Below, one piece after another: positions 7,350 to 11,220 of a stretch of DNA of 11,220 nt. The notes under the pieces were generated by a model. That model had not been told where the DNA came from and did no database searches. It worked only from the letters and a program-made list of their open reading frames with translations. Position numbers and translations under genes: made by a program. Each line of letters begins with the position of its first letter. The stretch's first letter is position 1. The DNA comes from an uncultured delta proteobacterium (GTDB lineage Bacteria; Myxococcota_A; Polyangia; Fen-1088): the NCBI GenBank assembly GCA_963796685.1, contig CAWCMR010000004.1, forward strand, positions 1 to 11,220, in the 5' to 3' direction.

Positions 7350-8689
7350 GCGCCACGCTTTCGCTCAGCGACCGCACCGCCTACACGGCGGGGTTCGCGC
7401 ATGCCATCGAGCAGGACACCGGCCTTCCCGCGTGGCTGACCTCGGTGAGGCGAAGCGCGTTCGACGCATTTCTGGAGCAAGGCTGGCCCACCACCAAGCA
7501 AGAGGACTGGCGTTTCACCGACGTCACCCCCATCACGAGGCTGGCGCTGCTGCCTCCACCCTTCGCCAAGCCACACTTGGCGAAGGACGATTTCGCCGCG
7601 GATGTGCTCGGCTTGGGCGGTCACCAGGTCCGGCGCCTGCTTTTCGTCGACGGCCGCTATCACTCGGGCGCCGCCAACGGACGGCCACTCCCCGACGATC
7701 TGTGGATGATTCCCATCTCTTCCGCCCTGGCCGAGGATTCGGGAACCGTGGGCCAGGTTCTGGGTCACCATCTGCGCGACCAGAACGCCTTCGTGGCCTT
7801 GAACATGGCGTTCATGACCGACGGCGCGTTCATTCGCATTCCAGCAGGATTTGCGTCCGAAGTGCCTATTTACGTCGTCTTCCTGGCTTCCGCCGAGGGC
7901 AGCGCCGGGTTCCCGCGCACCGTCATCTGGGCAGGGGAAAATAGCCGGGCCACCGTCGTCGAGATCCATCTCGGTGCCGACTCCCGGTCCACATTGGCCA
8001 GCGCGGTCACCGAAATCGTGCTCGAACCCGGCGCGCACGTCGTCCATCACGGCATCCAGAAGGCGTCGCCCGGTGGCGGTCACGTCGGCCACCTCGCCGT
8101 GACCCAGAAGACCGGCAGCGTCTTTTCGGGCAGCAGTCTGGCCTTGGGCGGCCGCATGGTGCGCAACGATGTTCACGTGTTGCTTGCCGAGGAAGGTTGC
8201 ACCTGCAACCTCGACGGCCTCTACCTCGCATCGGGCTCGGGCCACATCGACAATCACACGACCATCGATCATCGCGCTGCCCGGTCGACGAGCCGCGAGG
8301 TCTACAAGGGCGTGGTCGGAGACCGCAGCCGCGCGGTCTTCAACGGACGCATCGTGGTCAGGCCCGATGCCCAGCAGACCGACGCACGTCAAACCAATCG
8401 CAACATCGTGCTCGGCGAGGGCGCCCTGGTACACAGCAAGCCGCACCTCGAGATCTTCGCCAATGACGTCAAGTGCTCGCACGGCGCCACCACCGGGCGT
8501 CTGAATGCGGACGCCCTGTTCTATCTGCGCTCGCGCGGCATCGGCGAGAGGGAAGCCAACCAGCTGCTCATCCGCGCCTTCATGCTGGAGGGTCTCGACT
8601 GCATCGCCCAGACCGAGCTGCGCGCGGAGCTGGAAGGCGTGCTCGTGAAAAAGATCGAGTCTCTCGCCAACCCGGGAGTCGTCGCGTGA
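7346..8689 (+). CDS. sufD: Fe-S cluster assembly protein SufD
   Basis: GTG overlapping the sufC TGA; PTTKQEDWRFT, FVALNMAF, AVFNGRIVVRPDAQQTDA, KPHLEIFANDVKCSHGAT, LFYLRSRGI. Confidence 0.96.
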   Translation: MSATLSLSDRTAYTAGFAHAIEQDTGLPAWLTSVRRSAFDAFLEQGWPTTKQEDWRFTDVTPITRLALLPPPFAKPHLAKDDFAADVLGLGGHQVRRLLFVDGRYHSGAANGRPLPDDLWMIPISSALAEDSGTVGQVLGHHLRDQNAFVALNMAFMTDGAFIRIPAGFASEVPIYVVFLASAEGSAGFPRTVIWAGENSRATVVEIHLGADSRSTLASAVTEIVLEPGAHVVHHGIQKASPGGGHVGHLAVTQKTGSVFSGSSLALGGRMVRNDVHVLLAEEGCTCNLDGLYLASGSGHIDNHTTIDHRAARSTSREVYKGVVGDRSRAVFNGRIVVRPDAQQTDARQTNRNIVLGEGALVHSKPHLEIFANDVKCSHGATTGRLNADALFYLRSRGIGEREANQLLIRAFMLEGLDCIAQTELRAELEGVLVKKIESLANPGVVA

Positions 8690-9945
8690 TGGCGACCAAG
8701 CACAGAGGCTCCTCCTTGTCGAATAGCCTCGACGTGGAGAGCGTGCGGCGGGACTTCCCGGCCCTGGCGCAAAAGGTCCACGGCCACCCGCTCGTGTACC
8801 TCGACAACGCCGCCACCACGCAGAAACCGAGCGCGGTGCTCGATCGCATCCACAAGAGTTACATCGAGGAGTGCGCCAACATCCACCGCGGCGTCTACCA
8901 GCTGAGCGAGCGTGCGACCGCGGCCCACGAGTCGGCGCGCGAGACGGTTCGCCGCTTCCTCGGCGCCGAGCAGACCAGCGAGATCGTGTTCGTTCGCGGC
9001 GCCACCGAAGGCATCAATTTGGTCGCCCAGAGTTACGGCCGCAGTCGCATCAGCGCAGGAGACGAGATCCTCGTCACCGCCATGGAGCACCATTCGAACA
9101 TCGTGCCATGGCAGATGCTGTGCCAGGAGCGCGGTGCGACCTTGAAGGTCGCGCCCATGGACGACAACGGCGATCTGATCGTCCCCGAGTACGAGAAGCT
9201 TCTCGGTGCCCGAACCAAGCTGGTGGCCTTCACCCTGGTCTCGAACGCGCTCGGCACGGTCAACCCGGCCAAGGCCATGATCGAAGCCGCGCATCGCGCG
9301 GGTGCCCAGGTCCTGGTCGACGCGGCCCAGTCCGTCCCCCATCGCGCCATCGACGTGCGCGCTCTCGACTGCGATTTTCTCGTCTTTTCGGGCCACAAGC
9401 TCTACGGCCCCACCGGCATCGGCGTGCTCTATGGCAAGCAGCACCTCTTGGAGGCCATGCCGCCCTGGCAAGGCGGTGGCGACATGATCATGTCCGTGAC
9501 CTTCGAGCGGACCACCTACGCGCCACCGCCGGCCAAGTTCGAGGCCGGCACCCCCGCCATCAACGGCGCCATCGCCCTCGGCGCCGCCATCGAGTATGTC
9601 GAGTCGTTCGGCATGGCCGCCATCGAGCGCTACGAGGCCGAGCTCCTCGCCTACGCGGAAGCGGCCCTGAGCAAGCTCCCCGGGCTGCGCCTCATCGGCA
9701 AACCCAAGCACCGGGCCGGCGCTATCTCCTTCATGCTGGGCGACATCCATCCCCACGACGTGGGGACCGTGCTGGATCGCTATGGGGTCGCCATTCGCGC
9801 CGGACACCACTGCGCGCAGCCCACCATGAAGCGCATGGGCGTGCCGGGCACCGCGCGCGCCTCGTTCGCCTTCTACAACAAGCCCGAAGAAGTCGACACC
9901 TTGGTCGCCTGCCTCCTGGAGGCCCAGAAAGTGTTCCGCCAATGA
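8689..9945 (+). CDS. sufS: Cysteine desulfurase SufS (group II)
   Basis: ATG 8689 overlapping the sufD TGA; YLDNAATTQKP, ANIHRG, MEHHSNIVPW, SGHKLYGPTG (PLP lysine), FEAGTP, RAGHHCAQP (catalytic Cys). Confidence 0.97.
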   Translation: MATKHRGSSLSNSLDVESVRRDFPALAQKVHGHPLVYLDNAATTQKPSAVLDRIHKSYIEECANIHRGVYQLSERATAAHESARETVRRFLGAEQTSEIVFVRGATEGINLVAQSYGRSRISAGDEILVTAMEHHSNIVPWQMLCQERGATLKVAPMDDNGDLIVPEYEKLLGARTKLVAFTLVSNALGTVNPAKAMIEAAHRAGAQVLVDAAQSVPHRAIDVRALDCDFLVFSGHKLYGPTGIGVLYGKQHLLEAMPPWQGGGDMIMSVTFERTTYAPPPAKFEAGTPAINGAIALGAAIEYVESFGMAAIERYEAELLAYAEAALSKLPGLRLIGKPKHRAGAISFMLGDIHPHDVGTVLDRYGVAIRAGHHCAQPTMKRMGVPGTARASFAFYNKPEEVDTLVACLLEAQKVFRQ

Positions 9946-10421
9946 ACGAGCTTGACGATCTCTATCAAGAAGTGATCCTCGATCACCAGCGCAACCCGCG
10001 CAACTACGCCAAGTTGCCCACGGCCAACCACCAGGCCGAGGGCGCCAATCCCCTGTGCGGCGATCACGTGACCGTGTACCTCGACGTCAAGGACGGCGTC
10101 ATCCGCGACATCAGCTTCCAAGGCGAGGGCTGCGCCATCGCCAAGGCATCGGCATCCATGATGACGTCGGTGGTGAAGGGAAAGTCCTTGGCCGACGCCT
10201 CCGAGACCTTCAAGCGCTTCCACCAGATGATCACCGGCGGCCAGGATCCCTGTTTCGACCTCGAAGACCTGGGCAAGCTCGCCGCGTTCTCCGGCGTGAG
10301 CGCGTTCCCCGTGCGGGTGAAGTGCGCGAGCCTCGCCTGGCACACCTTGAACGCCGCCATGCACGAGACCACGACCGCGCCCACCAGCGGCGGCGAGCCC
10401 AACAAGGAGCCCCAGAAGTGA
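9942..10421 (+). CDS. sufU: SUF system NifU-family sulfur-transfer protein SufU
   Basis: ATGA overlap with sufS; LYQEVILDH, NPLCGD, GCAIAKASASMM, RVKCASLAW; lacks the IscU LPPVK motif. Confidence 0.95.
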   Translation: MNELDDLYQEVILDHQRNPRNYAKLPTANHQAEGANPLCGDHVTVYLDVKDGVIRDISFQGEGCAIAKASASMMTSVVKGKSLADASETFKRFHQMITGGQDPCFDLEDLGKLAAFSGVSAFPVRVKCASLAWHTLNAAMHETTTAPTSGGEPNKEPQK

Positions 10422-10825
10422 CGGCGACGCCCGATCCCCAGCGCGCACCCGACCCGCCATCCGACCCGTCACCCGACCCACCCTCGGGCTCCACCGCCAA
10501 CGATGCGGCCACCACCCAGTTGGAGCGCCTGGTGTGGCAGGAGCTGCGCGAGTGTTACGACCCTGAGATCCCCGTCAACATCGTGGAGCTGGGGCTCGTG
10601 TACGCCATGCGCTCCGAGCCTCTGCCCGAGGGCGGCCACCGGGTCGAGGTCCTCATGACCGTGACCTCCCCTGCCTGTGGCATGTCCGAGATCCTGCGCT
10701 CCGAGGCCGACGAACGCATCCGCAAGCTGCCCGGCGTCGCCCAGGTCGAGGTGGCCATCACCTTCGACCCGCCCTGGACCCCCGAGCTCATGAGCGACGA
10801 CGCGCGGATGATGCTGAATTTGTGA
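10418..10825 (+). CDS. sufT: SufT / DUF59 (PaaD-like) Fe-S maturation protein
   Basis: GTG 10418 overlapping the sufU TGA with AAGGAG upstream; CYDPEIPVNIVELGLVY, MTVTSPACGM, FDPPWTPELMSDDAR. Confidence 0.88.
   Translation: MTATPDPQRAPDPPSDPSPDPPSGSTANDAATTQLERLVWQELRECYDPEIPVNIVELGLVYAMRSEPLPEGGHRVEVLMTVTSPACGMSEILRSEADERIRKLPGVAQVEVAITFDPPWTPELMSDDARMMLNL
10447..10482 (+). repeat. Three imperfect 12-bp tandem repeats encoding a Pro/Asp-rich N-terminal tail of SufT
   Basis: ACCCGACCCGCC / ATCCGACCCGTC / ACCCGACCCACC encoding PDPP-SDPS-PDPP. Confidence 0.7.
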
Positions 10826-10900
10826 TCAGCCCCTCGGCCTGGAACGCGCGCACGCGCTCTTCGCGCTCGACCGCCGGTATGGAGCCGTTGAGAGTCAGGG

Positions 10901-10948
10901 TGCGCAGGCCCGCCCAGGCAAGCAGGGGGCGGCAATCGCGCAACTTTC
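10901..10948 (+). other. Stem-loop downstream of the suf operon (terminator or IS end structure)
   Basis: CCGCCC(10910-10915)/GGGCGG(10927-10932) with outer TGCGC(10901-10905)/GCGCA(10938-10942), followed by ACTTTC. Confidence 0.3.
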
Positions 10949-10976
10949 ATGACTCGCTGACCGACATCCCTCCTTT

Positions 10977-11220
10977 GTGGAGGCAGCGGCATGCGCACAG
11001 CCCGCGTCTGCGGGACCGGTCTATTCACGCCGGCAGCCGGAGAAGACTGCCTTGTACAGGGTCATGCAGGAACATCTGCTGACCTTCGAGCAGCAGTGGA
11101 CCGACGAGGCCAATGGCCGGACACTGCCCGGCTTCGTGACCGACGAGCTGCACGGATTCATGTCGTGCGGAATCTTGGGGCGAGGCTTCGCACACCTTTT
11201 CTGTAAGACCTGCCACGAAC
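10977..11220 (+). CDS. IS91/ISCR-family rolling-circle transposase, N-terminal zinc-binding region (3'-partial)
   Basis: Manual translation from GTG 10977: MEAAACAQPASAGPVYSRRQPEKTALYRVMQEHLLTFEQQWTDEANGRTLPGFVTDELHGFMSCGILGRGFAHLFCKTCHE. This matches the YxRxxPExTxLY...LPxxV..E...CG.L..GF....CxxC pattern of ISCR/IS91 transposases. Open to the window end. Confidence 0.88.
   Translation, partial: MEAAACAQPASAGPVYSRRQPEKTALYRVMQEHLLTFEQQWTDEANGRTLPGFVTDELHGFMSCGILGRGFAHLFCKTCHE

Larger units (their letters stand above)
10842..11220 (+). mobile_element. Left (terIS-side) part of an IS91/ISCR-like element; boundary uncertain
   Basis: Transposase N-terminus as above. The tentative left end is GAAC (10842-10845) followed by the small inverted repeat GCGCG-CA-CGCGC; the boundary is a guess. 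Confidence 0.55.

Noticed and set aside
5062-9942. Long minus-strand ORFs 5062..6534, 7301..8482, 8521..9942
   Set aside because: Antisense mirrors of sufB, sufD and sufS with no recognisable motifs.
8871-10421. 516-aa ORF as an extended SufU; likewise long N-extensions of SufC, SufS and SufT in the track
   Set aside because: The extensions overlap upstream suf genes out of frame and are Arg/Pro-rich nonsense; true starts sit at the stop/start junctions.
1-11220. CRISPR array, tRNA, rRNA or known riboswitch
   Set aside because: No regularly spaced repeats or cloverleaf seen by eye, and intergenic gaps are short. An Rfam/Infernal scan of 3350-3543, 4906-5124 and 10826-10976 would be needed to exclude ncRNAs.

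Overview
GC-rich bacterial window; a Myxococcota/deltaproteobacterial-like origin is my inference from gene content only. The left part is a minus-strand cell-envelope cluster: CPBP/CAAX intramembrane protease, SpoIID/LytB-domain lytic transglycosylase, and a GT2 polyprenol-phosphate glycosyltransferase fused to GtrA that runs off the left edge. The SpoIID and GT2 genes each carry one single-base frameshift, which makes the 856-aa ORF in the track a chimera. The middle holds a putative HExxH zinc metallopeptidase (+) converging on a short PhaR-type DNA-binding protein (-). The right part is a complete, tightly coupled sufB-sufC-sufD-sufS-sufU-sufT Fe-S assembly operon. It is followed by the 5' end of an IS91/ISCR-type rolling-circle transposase that the ORF track misses. 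The most interesting points are the IS91/ISCR element oriented so it could co-mobilise suf, three GAC..GTC palindromes between the PhaR-like gene and sufB, and a hairpin over the transposase start. No rRNA, tRNA or CRISPR array was seen. I cannot establish a new system from sequence alone; the candidates are hypotheses.
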